Part shown: positions 21,146 to 32,447 of the stretch, one piece after another
How the letters are laid out: each line of letters opens with the position of its first letter
How positions within the stretch are numbered: position 1 is the first letter of the stretch
Source of the DNA: a bacterium
GTDB taxonomy: Bacteria > Hinthialibacterota > Hinthialibacteria > Hinthialibacterales > Hinthialibacteraceae
Direction of reading: 5' to 3'
Length of the DNA stretch: 64,000 nucleotides
Assembly: GCA_963663405.2 (NCBI GenBank)
Contig: CAXXSM010000132.1
Coordinates: 224,001 to 288,000, forward strand
Position numbers and translations under genes: made by a program
The notes under the pieces: model-generated
Seen by the model: only the letters and a program-made list of their open reading frames with translations
Database searches by the model: none
Told to the model about the DNA's origin: nothing

Positions 21146-22327
21146 ATGAACGAATTTACTCCCAAATATGACCTAATCCTAATTCTGAATTATTTCCGGA
21201 CGTTGACGTATTATCTGCCCCTGATTGAGCATCTTAGGGATGAATTTCGGATTGGGATATATCCTATTCCTTTGCATGAGAGTGAAGCGAAGAAGCATCA
21301 GAGTACGCAGCGGGAATTTATGCGGGAATGTGTAAACCGGGGGGCGGAGATCATTGAACGAGGGCCGGCGCGGGCGGCTGTTACGCTTTTTCCGCAGGAT
21401 GTTTACTCGGACGAAGCGGTTCAGTTGATTCATGAGAATATAATTAGTGACCGGAAAGTTGCGTCTCTTACGCTGGCGCGGCCTGGGATTATCGATGCGT
21501 TTATTGAAGCGTTCGATCCGTCGGTTGTGTTTGTTGTGCATAAGGCCTTTTTCGATTTTCTCTTGCGTCAGCGCGGCGATCCGGCGGTGTATGAAGGCCG
21601 TGAGTTGATTGAAGTGGGTCTTCCGTATCGGAAATATCCCCCGTTCCCGGAATTCGAAGCGGATTATTTTATCGCGATGCCGACGCCGTTCAGTTTTCCA
21701 AGAGAAGAGGATAAATGGGATTTTCTTGAAACGATCTTCGATTTAATTCAACAAATCCCACGCCAGGACCGAATCGTTCACAAAGCGCACAACGCATTGG
21801 AGAACGATTATTTTTCCGGGAAAAAACTCCGCTATATCGCGCGTTTTCTCAACCTCGATCCTACGGGCTGTCTGCGAAAAATCGTTAAGAAACTGACGGC
21901 GCTTGATTCCAGTGGGACAAACGGACGTGTAAGCCGCCTGTATACGGCGATGCTCTACGAAAAGCTGATGAAGCGTGTCGTTCCAATGCACGAAATGACT
22001 CCCCATGCCAATCTTGCGTTTGAAGCGTTCCTGCTGGGCGTCAAAAAGGGAGTGATCGGAGGGCTCAGCAATACGATCTGGGGCACGCTTTTCTTTGAAT
22101 TGCCGTTTTATAACTGTGTGGATATGGAACGGCAGAAACGGGAAGCGGGCGAGACGCTTTATAAAAAAGACGCTACGCGGCTGCTCGAATTAAATCTCCA
22201 ATTTTTCAACGTGCCTTTTTGTGAAGGAAAACTGGAATTCGATCGAAAATTTTTTGATATTGTAGACGAATCCACGCGGCAGGGCGATCTGTTTAATGAA
22301 TTGAGGACGTTGATCCAGCAAACATAA
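21146..22327 (+). CDS. Hypothetical protein (possibly glycosyltransferase-fold)
   Basis: 393 aa ORF with GGAG RBS; no diagnostic motif. Confidence 0.6.
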   Translation: MNEFTPKYDLILILNYFRTLTYYLPLIEHLRDEFRIGIYPIPLHESEAKKHQSTQREFMRECVNRGAEIIERGPARAAVTLFPQDVYSDEAVQLIHENIISDRKVASLTLARPGIIDAFIEAFDPSVVFVVHKAFFDFLLRQRGDPAVYEGRELIEVGLPYRKYPPFPEFEADYFIAMPTPFSFPREEDKWDFLETIFDLIQQIPRQDRIVHKAHNALENDYFSGKKLRYIARFLNLDPTGCLRKIVKKLTALDSSGTNGRVSRLYTAMLYEKLMKRVVPMHEMTPHANLAFEAFLLGVKKGVIGGLSNTIWGTLFFELPFYNCVDMERQKREAGETLYKKDATRLLELNLQFFNVPFCEGKLEFDRKFFDIVDESTRQGDLFNELRTLIQQT

Positions 22328-22480
22328 GGTTCTGTCAATCGATAGAATGTACGAAAATGAAGGCGAAAATCGGTTAAAAAACGGATTCGATGTAACCATT
22401 TCACAGCCTGACTCGTTTACAGATATGATAACTGCGCCTATAATTTCGTTAACTGAAATTTACTTTCTTATTTTGATACA

Positions 22481-23368
22481 ATGCAAAAGGGTTTGATCTT
22501 CCGTTTTCTCTCTTCATTATACGTCGCGCTAGTAGTCATTGTGCCGTTCAGCGTTATGTTCCGCATGATGCTGTATATGGAAAGTCTTTGTAAAAAGGGC
22601 GCGATCGACAATACGGAAATTCCTGTTCTTTATGTGGCGAAACTCGATTCCGGCATGGAAGCGCCTCGTCAGCAGGAGATCGTTTCCCAGATCGCCAATC
22701 TGGAGAACGTCGCCGCCGCGTCTATCAATCTCCCTATACCCGCCTGGCCGGGTGATTCAGATCAGGAAGCGCAATGGAATGAACTTTGGAAAACCTATCT
22801 CTCTCCTCTGCTCTATGCGACCTGTGAAATTCAGCTGACCGACACGAGTCTCGCTGACCGAATCGCTGGACAAATTGAATCAGTCTCTGGAATTGTGGAG
22901 ACCGCCTGGGATCAAGACGATTTCGATAGACAAGTGAACGCGCTGACTCCTATCAGCGGGGAAGATTCGTTTTATTCGCGCTTATTCTTCTTTTTTATTG
23001 CGGCGTCGCTTTGCGCGCTGGTGGCGAGTTATCCGATCCGCTTCCGCCGCGATTTTGCTGTCCGCGCGGGATTGGGTGGGGCTGGGTCCCAGATCAATCC
23101 TGAGTTAATTTGGATAAGACTGGTGAGTTGGCAGGCTGGTTGGAGCGCCGCCTTGTACGTGATCGTCTACACGATTGGTTATCAATTGTTTCCCTGTCCA
23201 TCCGGTCAAATCCATCTCCCGCTCTACTTCTCGCTGTTGTGGAAAGGCGTATTGATGACAGCGGGATTGGTGACAGCCGTTTGCCTGATCGGGTGGTGGC
23301 TGCCAGCGGATGAAATCAACGATATCAGCGCCCCACATCCGGCGCCGTTGGAGTGGGAACGAGAATGA
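22481..23368 (+). CDS. Divergent FtsX-like permease
   Basis: TM - periplasmic loop (A.QIESVSGIVE) - 3 TM topology; coupled to the envC-like gene. Confidence 0.55.
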   Translation: MQKGLIFRFLSSLYVALVVIVPFSVMFRMMLYMESLCKKGAIDNTEIPVLYVAKLDSGMEAPRQQEIVSQIANLENVAAASINLPIPAWPGDSDQEAQWNELWKTYLSPLLYATCEIQLTDTSLADRIAGQIESVSGIVETAWDQDDFDRQVNALTPISGEDSFYSRLFFFFIAASLCALVASYPIRFRRDFAVRAGLGGAGSQINPELIWIRLVSWQAGWSAALYVIVYTIGYQLFPCPSGQIHLPLYFSLLWKGVLMTAGLVTAVCLIGWWLPADEINDISAPHPAPLEWERE

Positions 23369-24594
23369 AACGATCTTCCTGCGTCCTCTTCACATTCCTA
23401 GTCTTGCTTTTGATGAAACCATATGGGCTTATCGCGAAAACTGCGCCGGATAAAAGCGCAGCGATTCTCCTCAAACAGCTGAAAGCCGAAGAAGCCCGCG
23501 CCAAGAAACTCAAACAAGAACGCCAACAATTGCAAGAATGGATTCAGCAGGGTAAATCCCGCATGAAACGCTTCGATAGTATCCTGCAAACGTACAATTA
23601 CAACCTAACACAAGCTCAAAAGGTGATTGACGCGGCGGAATCGGAAATCGGACAGATTCATAAACGGAATAATGAGAGAGAACTCTTGTTTTATCACTGC
23701 GTTAACACATTCGATCAAATGATCGATCTCCGATCTTCCGACCGGGCTGATGATCAGATGCTCTTCAATATGTACGCCCAGGCCGTCTCGGAGACCGCTT
23801 CAAAAATCTTCTCGGATATGTTGGCGGAACAGCCCCGCCTGCATGAGTTGGAACAAGTCATCACAGACCGGCGCGCTTATCAAGATCGAATCATGAAGAA
23901 ATACATGCCCGCCGACACCGAGAAGAAAGAACGGCATGAACGACTGCTCAACAAACGTGAAGAAGAGGCGAAAGCCATTCAAGACCTCTCCAAGCAGAAT
24001 GCCCAACGTGTTACAGAACTGAAAAATCAACTCGCCGCCGCACAAAAACGAATCGAAGAAATCCGGCTCCAACGGCTGAAAGAACAGCGGGAGCGCGAGG
24101 AAAAAGAACGCCAGGAATTAGCGAAACGACAACAAACTGCAGCCGCTAATTCAAAAACCACTTCTCCCCCCCAACCGCTGCCGAGTGGAACGCCGTTCGC
24201 TAACCGGAAAGGCGCTCTTCCGTGGCCTGCCCGTGGAACGATTGTCCGGCCCTTCGGTGAGTTTACCCATCCCGAATTCAAGGTTAAAATAGATAATCCA
24301 GGGATTGATGTCCGCATCAAACCCGGCGCGCCTATTTTGGCCGTCGCGCCGGGGCGGGTTCTTTATACGGGCGATATCCCCGGAATCGGACCCGCTGTGA
24401 TTCTCGATCACGGCGGTGATTACTGTACGGTCTATGGAAACGTAATTAGTTCCGTTTCAGAAAATAACAATGTGGAAAGCCAATCGGTTATAGGGAACGC
24501 GGCGACTAAAAACACGGATGGCACGAGCGCCTACCATTTCCAGATTCTTCAAGGAAAACGGTCCTTAAATCCTCTTTCCTGGCTTGTAAAATAA
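23365..24594 (+). CDS. envC: EnvC-like murein hydrolase activator (coiled coil + degenerate M23)
   Basis: Long coiled coil; KGALPWPARG, NPGIDV, ILDHGGDYCTVYGN, HFQI, NPLSWL. Confidence 0.8.
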   Translation: MKRSSCVLFTFLVLLLMKPYGLIAKTAPDKSAAILLKQLKAEEARAKKLKQERQQLQEWIQQGKSRMKRFDSILQTYNYNLTQAQKVIDAAESEIGQIHKRNNERELLFYHCVNTFDQMIDLRSSDRADDQMLFNMYAQAVSETASKIFSDMLAEQPRLHELEQVITDRRAYQDRIMKKYMPADTEKKERHERLLNKREEEAKAIQDLSKQNAQRVTELKNQLAAAQKRIEEIRLQRLKEQREREEKERQELAKRQQTAAANSKTTSPPQPLPSGTPFANRKGALPWPARGTIVRPFGEFTHPEFKVKIDNPGIDVRIKPGAPILAVAPGRVLYTGDIPGIGPAVILDHGGDYCTVYGNVISSVSENNNVESQSVIGNAATKNTDGTSAYHFQILQGKRSLNPLSWLVK

Positions 24595-24703
24595 AACAAT
24601 TCGAATCAAGCGTCGTTTCATTGTTACATAACGATATTACCGTTAGAATTCAGAATAAAACTATATACTCTTTTTTCGAACGTATTCTTTAAGGAGTTCA
24701 TTT

Positions 24704-26107
24704 ATGAAAACCCCAGGCGTCAGACATTTCGCGTTACTCTTCTGTTTTCTTTTTCTCGTATTTATCGTCCTTGGGATTGGCGTTCAGAGGAGCGTATTGG
24801 CCATTGATAATTATGAAGAGGCCATGAAACAATCCCTTACGCTGATAAAAATACTATCCGAAATCCAAAAAGAGTACTTTGATCCCGAAAAAACGAAAAC
24901 AGTGGATCTCATCGATGGAGCGATTCACGGTATGGTCGAAACGCTCGATCGATATAGCGTCTATCTGGATGAAGACGAGTATAAGGAGTTCAACGATCAA
25001 ACCCAGGGCATGTTCGGCGGCCTCGGCATTCACATCGATATCGTCAATCACTGGTTGACCGTCATCGCGCCGCTGCCGGGCACTCCCGCCGCCAAAGCCG
25101 GTTTAATGGAAGGAGACCGGATCGTTGAGATCGAGGGGGAAAGCACAAAAAATAAAAACATCTTCGATGCCCAGAAGAAACTGAAAGGGGAAGCGGGCAC
25201 ACCGGTGACGATCACCATCGCCCGCAAGGGTGAAAAAGAATTAATCACAAAAACCATCACGCGGGCCATTATCAACACGCTCGCCATTGAAGCAGAAGAA
25301 TGTAAAATGCTGGATGACACGGTGGGGTATATCCGTCTGCGGGATTTCACAAAAGACGCCGCGGAAGAACTCGAACAATCGATCCGTGATCTCCAGATGC
25401 AGGGGATGCGGAGCCTGATCCTCGATCTTCGGGATAATCCCGGTGGATTGCTGCCGGTTGCCGTTGATATTTGCGATCTCTTTTTAGATAAAGAACAAGC
25501 CATCGTATCCCAGCGGGATAAAAACGACCGGGAAACCTTCTATACCGCCCGGCGTGACAGCACAGGCGCTTTCCTTCTCGCTGTTTTGGTCAATGAATTC
25601 ACCGCCAGCGCCTCCGAAATTGTCGCCGGGTGCATGCAGGACCACAACCGGGGTATCGTGATCGGTCCCGTCGGGCACAAAACCTTCGGGAAAGGCACAG
25701 TCCAAACACTGATCGATCTTGGTGATTCCGCCCTGAAACTGACTACCGCGAAATACTATACCCCCAAAGGACGATCGATCCACGATGATGAAGGTTTAAT
25801 ACCCGATATCTTCGCACAGGTCACGGACGACGAACGATTTAATATTCGCGTCGCCAAAAAAGTCGGTTTTCTCCCGCCCGAATTGCTGGGTAAAAAACTG
25901 GTCAAAAAAGAAGAACCGGAAACCGTGGATGATTCACAACCAGTTACCGTGGAAGAAGTCTTCAACGACGAAGAGGAGGAGATCAAGGAAGAGAAAGATA
26001 GCCTATACGACGTCGAACTGTTCACCGCTTACCAATGCATAAAGGGCGCTGAAGTGCTTAAGTTTGGAAAGAAAGAACGAGAGAATTTTGCTGATTCTAG
26101 GAATTGA
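24704..26107 (+). CDS. ctpA: Carboxyl-terminal processing protease (S41, PDZ)
   Basis: FGGLGI, LDLRDNPGG, TASASEI, TFGKGTVQ, TTAKYYTP. Confidence 0.93.
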   Translation: MKTPGVRHFALLFCFLFLVFIVLGIGVQRSVLAIDNYEEAMKQSLTLIKILSEIQKEYFDPEKTKTVDLIDGAIHGMVETLDRYSVYLDEDEYKEFNDQTQGMFGGLGIHIDIVNHWLTVIAPLPGTPAAKAGLMEGDRIVEIEGESTKNKNIFDAQKKLKGEAGTPVTITIARKGEKELITKTITRAIINTLAIEAEECKMLDDTVGYIRLRDFTKDAAEELEQSIRDLQMQGMRSLILDLRDNPGGLLPVAVDICDLFLDKEQAIVSQRDKNDRETFYTARRDSTGAFLLAVLVNEFTASASEIVAGCMQDHNRGIVIGPVGHKTFGKGTVQTLIDLGDSALKLTTAKYYTPKGRSIHDDEGLIPDIFAQVTDDERFNIRVAKKVGFLPPELLGKKLVKKEEPETVDDSQPVTVEEVFNDEEEEIKEEKDSLYDVELFTAYQCIKGAEVLKFGKKERENFADSRN

Positions 26108-27077
26108 AACTTCATGCGACGACACAGGAGCCGCGATTGTACGTGATGGCTTCCACGTTCTTTCCAATCTCGTTTCCTCTCAAGTGGAAATCCACCGCCC
26201 CTACGGCGGTGTGGTTCCCGAAATCGCCTCCCGCGCGCATATCGAAACGCTCCTGCCTCTTGTCACCCGTTGTCTGGATGAATCCGGTGTGACCTTAGAG
26301 GAGATTGACGCCGTAGCGGTGACGAACACGCCGGGTTTGGCGGGATGTCTACTTGTAGGCGTATCGTTCGCTAAATCACTGGCGTACGCGATGAAGAAAC
26401 CGCTGATCGGCGTGAACCATTTAGAAGCCCATATCTACACCACGGTCCTCGACACGCCGGAAGAAAACCGCCCTCCTTTCCCCCATCTCTCGCTGCTTGT
26501 CTCCGGTGGACATACGGCCCTCTATCGTGTTGATGGTTGGAGCCAATTAACACCACTGGGCCGTACGAAAGATGACGCCGCTGGGGAAGCGTTTGATAAA
26601 GCGGCCAAAGCCCTCGGTTTGGGATATCCGGGTGGTCCAGCTATTCAACAGCGCGCGGAACCGTTCCAAGGCAATTGGATCGAGTTTCCCCGTCCCATGC
26701 TCCATCAAGGCTTCGATTTCTCTTTCAGTGGACTGAAGACGGCGGTTGTCAACTATATCAACGAGAATCAGCCGGATGAAGACGAAACCACCCGCATCGC
26801 CGCGTCTTTTCAACAGGCGGCGACCGATGTTCTGGTCACCAAAACGATCCGCGCCGCGAAACAGGAACAAATCGGCCATATCTCCCTTGTTGGAGGCGTC
26901 TCCGCCAACGAGCCGTTACGGAACGAACTGCGGCGCCGGGCCGAAAAGCGGGGATATACCGTCTATCTGCCCGAAAAACGTTTCTCGATGGACAACGGGG
27001 CGATGGTGGCTGGATTGGCCTATCATTATCTCAACGAAGGCCGTGTCTCCGATCTTACCCTCAACGCCACGGCTTGA
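26088..27077 (+). CDS. tsaD: tRNA N6-threonylcarbamoyltransferase
   Basis: LGIETSCDDT, GGVVPEIASRAH, NHLEAH, VSGGHT, DDAAGEAFDK, FSFSGLKT, DNGAM. Confidence 0.97.
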   Translation: MLILGIETSCDDTGAAIVRDGFHVLSNLVSSQVEIHRPYGGVVPEIASRAHIETLLPLVTRCLDESGVTLEEIDAVAVTNTPGLAGCLLVGVSFAKSLAYAMKKPLIGVNHLEAHIYTTVLDTPEENRPPFPHLSLLVSGGHTALYRVDGWSQLTPLGRTKDDAAGEAFDKAAKALGLGYPGGPAIQQRAEPFQGNWIEFPRPMLHQGFDFSFSGLKTAVVNYINENQPDEDETTRIAASFQQAATDVLVTKTIRAAKQEQIGHISLVGGVSANEPLRNELRRRAEKRGYTVYLPEKRFSMDNGAMVAGLAYHYLNEGRVSDLTLNATA

Positions 27078-27127
27078 AAGCATAAAATCCCGTAATTCTC
27101 TCCTCCTCTGATTTGTGAAAAGAGTCT

Positions 27128-27904
27128 ATGCTGTTTCCCATCATGGAATCCGCTTTCATCGCATTGTTGCTTTTTCTCATTGCGGCGGCGTACGCGTCCG
27201 TCGGCCTGGGGGGAGGAACTGCTTATCTAGCGGTTCTCTCGTTCTGGGATCCGAATCCGGAAAGCCTGCGCCCATTGGCTTGGACGTTGAATGTCCTTTG
27301 CAGCGGGGTTGTGTTTGTCAATTATTACCGTGGAGGATTTTTCAACGCCCGGATCGCGTGGCCGTATCTCTTGGGAGGGATCGTCGGCGCGGCGTTGGGA
27401 GCAAGCATAGACATCCAGGCTTTGAAATTTCAAATCCTGCTGGCTGCAACATTGACCTTCATCAGCGTGCAGATGCTCGTACAAACGAGGCGTTCAGGCC
27501 AACAGGAGAACGAACGGATTGAAGCGTCTCCAGTTTTCTGGTCACTGGGCTTGGGTTTAATCATCGGATTCATATCAGGGATCGTTGGGATTGGCGGGGG
27601 GATATTGTTAGGGCCGGTTCTCATCGCGTTCCGGTGGGTGGACGTGAAACGCTGCGCGGCGATCACGAGTTTATATATCTTTCTCTCTTCACTCTCCGCT
27701 CTGATCATGCATGGCGCGGGCCAAGGATCGATCGACTGGATAAAATCCATCCTCTATGGAGCAGCGGCTCTCCTGGGAGGTTTTCTCGGTTCCCGTTATG
27801 GATCGGAGAAAGCCTCCCCTACTGTATTGAAGCGGATTTTTGCGGTGATTATATTGACTGCGGCGGTGAATTTGTTGATTCGGACGATGTCTATATTATG
27901 GTGA
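27128..27904 (+). CDS. TauE/SafE sulfite exporter family protein
   Basis: YASVGLGGG and SGIVGIGGG repeats; about 8 TM. Confidence 0.88.
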   Translation: MLFPIMESAFIALLLFLIAAAYASVGLGGGTAYLAVLSFWDPNPESLRPLAWTLNVLCSGVVFVNYYRGGFFNARIAWPYLLGGIVGAALGASIDIQALKFQILLAATLTFISVQMLVQTRRSGQQENERIEASPVFWSLGLGLIIGFISGIVGIGGGILLGPVLIAFRWVDVKRCAAITSLYIFLSSLSALIMHGAGQGSIDWIKSILYGAAALLGGFLGSRYGSEKASPTVLKRIFAVIILTAAVNLLIRTMSILW

Positions 27905-27918
27905 AAGTTAACTTCCAG

Positions 27919-28140
27919 AATAATAGGCTCATCCGAGTGAGTATGTAAAGTTAATATTATTCTCTTTTCATGTAAGATTGTGCAATCATGTTCGCCCAGC
28001 CTTGAAAGGCTGGGCTAGTATCTAATGTCCCTCCGGGACAAAAGAAAATAGCCCAGGATTTTAATCCTGGGGATAGAGAGATGTACTTTCTTATTATGAA
28101 TCGCATTAACTAACGATACTCACTGGATGAACCAAATATT
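27919..28140. mobile_element. MITE/REPIN-like element: ~37 bp imperfect terminal inverted repeats enclosing three REP-like hairpins
   Basis: Left AATAATAGGCTCATCCGAGTGAGTATGTAAAGTTAAT vs reverse complement of right AATATTTGGTTCATCCAGTGAGTATCGTTAGTTAAT; hairpins at 27994-28015, 28026-28040, 28052-28071. Confidence 0.62.
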
Positions 28141-28162
28141 GCATTGATTATTTAGATATAGC

Positions 28163-29165
28163 TTAATACATGCCCCATATTTCAATATCCATTATTTCGC
28201 GCATTTCATATATGGATGTGTCTTTGGGAAGATTGAGTTTTTCGATGGCCAATTTCATTTGTCTTACATAGCTTTTTGTTGGTGATGGCTCTTCACAAAC
28301 ATTGTTAATTGGATAGCGCCATTTAATACGCTTGTCCTTTAATGCACTGCACTTTTTCCGCCATCTCCGGTTCTAGTTGATCGATCAATTCCCGATCAAT
28401 TAATGAAGAATCAATTGTGTATATAAAAGTCGCTGCGCGCAATCGGAGATCTTCTCGAAGAGTCTTGTCTTTGACGGCGCTTAACAACTTTGGCGCAGCT
28501 GATTCCGTATTATTGAATATCGCGAAAGCGGAAGGCCAGTATTTTAACCGTTGCTCTGGTGTAAGTTTCACGATCGGATCACTAAATACAGATGTAACAA
28601 TCAAAGGCGCGCCAAATGCATATTGTGAAGCGCCAATATAAACTCTCGCATATTCGAGATAAGGTACAATGTTTTGTATGGAGCCAAGTTTGCCCGGATA
28701 AGAAGATTGCCGCTAACACACGCACGGAATCGATATCACCAGGTTTCTGCGAAATGACTGCCATTAAGTTGTGGTAACCCTGTATTGGAAAAGGATTGTT
28801 TTTTTGAAGTTCTTCAGCAAACACGGATTGAAAGTATTGATCCCGTTTTTCCTTAACTAAGGAACCAGTCCAATACATGTCGACTATCTCTCTTAATACT
28901 ATATTATATTGTTGATCGATAGCTCCTTGAAATAACTGTTTTTTTATCTGCATCAATTTCACTCTTATCAACCGGGAATCCGACGAGAACTTTTAAAACC
29001 TCAGCATTCACAATATCCGATTCTTGCGGCGGTTTTTTTTGAATTTTCAAGCATTTCATTAATGGATGGCTCACCTAAAATAACTGGCTGTCCAAATTCG
29101 TTCTCTTTCGCGATGGATATTAAACTGATAGCTAAACACAGCGTAAGTAATAGCAGGCGCTTCAT
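28163..29165 (-). pseudogene. Secreted hypothetical protein broken by about 4 frameshifts (pseudogene or read errors)
   Basis: Signal peptide MKRLLLLTLCLAISLISIA at 29165; reading continues through ORFs 28582-28971 and 28323-28604 and on to ...IEIWGMY* after single-base shifts. Confidence 0.55.
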
Positions 29166-29922
29166 TATATAGTATCCTTTCGATTTATCCTCATCAAATA
29201 TTTTCTACATTCCCCGCCATGACCAGAATACAGAACGTCACAACCGCCACGAGTATAGAAAAACACAGTTCCTAAAATCGGGAAGAGTTTATTTCGATCT
29301 TTTTGAAAGAGGCTTGCTGCGCCAAGAATAAAAGCGACGAAGTCCGCGCACAATAATAATGCAATACCTATGAAAAAAGATTGGATTCCAACTTCTCTCC
29401 CGGATTCTTTTATTGCTTCTGCGATGGATAAAAATACGATGACGAAAATGCCTACCATGACGCTCAAGAGGAAAGATAAAATCCCTATGCCTGAATGGCT
29501 TAATTTCTTATTTTGAACAAAATGTTCATTGACTGGAGAAAAGTAAGCTAGAGCAATGATTATTCCACTCATTAGCACTGTGGCGTCATCCATTGCATCG
29601 GTCAATCCAATTCCAATATTGGGACCCAGAAAAACCAGTAAGAATAATTCCGAATATCGTCGTCCATAAATAGATAGACCTAGCCTGTTTCCAAAATACG
29701 AATAAACCAATCGAAGAAATTAAAAGAGCAATTACGAAGAATATAAATAAAAAGACAAAGATATTTCCATATTCTGAAAACAACTTATCCATTTCCTTTT
29801 CACAATACTGCCTTATTTCTAATGGCAAATATTGTCCCCCGATTTCTGAAGCGATCATTATTAAGACAAATAAAATCCATTCCAGAACGATTAGTAATCG
29901 AAAAAAGGTTTTTGAGTGTCAT
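29165..29922 (-). pseudogene. Hypothetical multi-TM membrane protein, frameshifted
   Basis: AGGAGG RBS + ATG 29922; hydrophobic segments spread over ORFs 29586-29858 and 29165-29710. Confidence 0.55.
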
Positions 29923-30622
29923 GATATCCCTCCTATTATCAAATGAATGGTCAATCCTTATGTCTTCATTCTGTTATTAAGGATAATAAACCAATGATCG
30001 AACGACTCTTCTTTGAATATGCTTTAATTATTGTTGTTGCAATTATGGAACATGAGAAGAATTTACGCAAGGGATATTATGCTTCTTTAATGCAAATTAA
30101 ATAATTGTGCCGCATATGTGTATTTAGACGCTATTGTTTGTTAGATAATACTCAGAAATGAATTATGGTGTAAAATCCATGTGTATCAGGCAGAATATTG
30201 ACGATTTTGTCTGAATTGATGGGGAGCAGCATAAACATGGATTCACGACATGTTCAATCTTCATTGAGATTAAAGAAAACAATTTTTAAGAAGCCCTTGC
30301 GGCTTACAAACCGTTGTCAAAAACGTTCTGAGAGAAAATTCAGCGATTGGCATGGGTTGAATCCATAAAAAATAGAAGAAGTAGAGAGAAGGATTATTCG
30401 TTCGTAAAGCCTTGGAATAGTTTATTTTCTATCTGTTCCGGCAGGGAAAAAACGCTGGAGTTTTTCTCTTATCTTGCTTTGAATCCGTTGACGCCCTTGA
30501 ACCTGCGTTTTCTGGATGCTAGATTTATTGTTCGTGTGTTAGACGCAGGCCGAACCGGTCTTGGACATTTTTTTATCCAGTTGTTTTGTTGAGAGACCTT
30601 TAAGAGAAGGAGAGTGTTTTTC

Positions 30623-31053
30623 GTGATCGAACTATCGATGTTGGCGAAAATTCTCCGTAGTTTCTAGTTTTTTTGTTAGTCGGCGTTGGTTTTATTCTAT
30701 TTAACCTCTTGGTTCCTATCCTGTTCCGGCCTAGTAATCCCTATTCAGAAAAATTGACGAATTACGAATGCGGTGAACGCCCTGTCGGCGGCCCGTGGAT
30801 TCGTTTTAACGTTCGTTTTTATATTGTTGCGATTGTGTTTTTGATTTTTGATGTGGAAGTCCTTTTTATTGTTCCTTGGGCGGTTGTTTATAAACAATTG
30901 TTTGGGGAATTGGGCTTATTGGTCTTTTTTGAAATGTTTGTGTTCCTTATCGTACTGGGCGTGGGACTCGCCTATTGCTGGAAAAAGGGACACTTGGAAT
31001 GGGTTCTTCGTGTGAAGACCAAGGATGGGAAATCCAAGCCCGTGATGTCCTGA
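30623..31053 (+). CDS. nuoA: NADH-quinone oxidoreductase subunit A (5' indels)
   Basis: YECGE.P, RFYIVAIVFLIFDVE, PWA, WKKGHLEW; AAGGAG RBS before GTG 30623. Confidence 0.93.
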
Positions 31054-31344
31054 TTGTGAGGTAATCGATTATGGAATCATCCATTGAGGGATTGAGTACA
31101 GGTTTTTCATTAGCGCCGTTGGTTGAAATTGGTATTTGGATTGGATTAATTCTGGCGATTGGTTTATTCCTTTGTAATATCGGCCGGTTTTTCGACTTTG
31201 GCCAAGCGGTAATAAACCAGCGTCATTTGTAATCCCCGCCTTGCGCAGGATGAAGTTTTTGAGGGAATCCTTTACATTCCCGGTTTTCAAAGCGCAAGGC
31301 GCTCTCTCCCCCGGATCGGATTTCGTGGGGGAGGAAGGAGAACA

Positions 31345-31879
31345 TTGGTGGGCGTTTTAGAAGGCAAATTTGAAGAAAACGTCATCGTCACATCCGTCGA
31401 CGCGGTATTTAATTGGGCGCGCCTCTCTTCCGTTTGGCCGATGACATTCGGTTTGGCGTGCTGCGCGATTGAGATGATGCACACCGGCGCGTGCCGCTTC
31501 GATCTGGACCGGTACGGGATGGGCGTGTTCCGTGGTTCGCCGCGTCAGAGCGATCTGATGATCGTGGCCGGTACAGTGACCTATAAAAATGGCGAAACGG
31601 ATCAAACTGCTCTATGACCAGATGCCGGAACCCCGCTGGGTCATGGCGATGGGTGGATGCGCGATCGGCGGTGGGCCTTATTACGAACATGGATATCACG
31701 TCGTGAAGGGCGTGGATCTCTATGTGCCCGTGGATGTGTACGTGCCCGGATGTCCACCCCGGCCTGAAACGTTAATGGCGGGATTGATCGAATTGCAGCA
31801 GAAAATCCGCCAGGACCGGCTCCTGCGCAAAAAAGAGAAAGAACCGGAAAAACGCCGCTTAATTGAATATTACCTTTGA
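31345..31879 (+). CDS. nuoB: NADH-quinone oxidoreductase subunit B (frameshift in A5 near 31587)
   Basis: [26 protein letters not shown] / KMA...[23 protein letters not shown]. Confidence 0.95.
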
Positions 31880-31901
31880 TTGACGGAAGCCGGAAATCAA
31901 T

Positions 31902-32397
31902 ATGGAACGAATAGAGATCTACAACCTGCTGAAAGAGACCTTCGGTGAAAAGAAGGTTCTTGAATACGTCGTGACCGGTGAAGAAAAGAAGGGATTGCGC
32001 GATCCTTTTTATCTTAATAGAAACCGAAGCGCTTCCAGAAATCGCGCAGTTCCTGCGGGATGACGAGCGCTTGCGCTTCGATATGCTTCACTGTCTCAGT
32101 GGTGTGGATTGGCCCGATTATTTTGAGAGTGTCTACCATCTCTGGTCGATGACGCACAAGCATTGGACGGTGTTGAAAGTCCGGATGTCAAAAGATGAAC
32201 CCAAAGTTCCCACTATGACACATCTATGGCCGGCGGCCGATTGGCACGAACGGGAAGCGTACGATCTCTTCGGCATTCAGTATGAAGGACATCCCGATTT
32301 GACGCGGATACTTCTTCCCGATGAATGGGAAGGCCATCCGCTTCGAAAAGATTACGTATATCCAGAACACGAACATCTCAGAGAATTGGGAATGTGA
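31902..32397 (+). CDS. nuoC: NADH-quinone oxidoreductase subunit C (frameshift in T run near 32008)
   Basis: LSGVD, ADWHEREAYDLFGI..EGHPDLTRILLP..WEGHPLRKDY. Confidence 0.93.
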
Positions 32398-32447
32398 TTG
32401 ATTCACCGATTCCTGGATGCGCGTTTTTTACTTCGTGAGAGAAGACG

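Noticed and set aside
30347-30592. 81-aa ORF upstream of nuoA
   Set aside because: TTG start without RBS, lies in the likely promoter region, no motif
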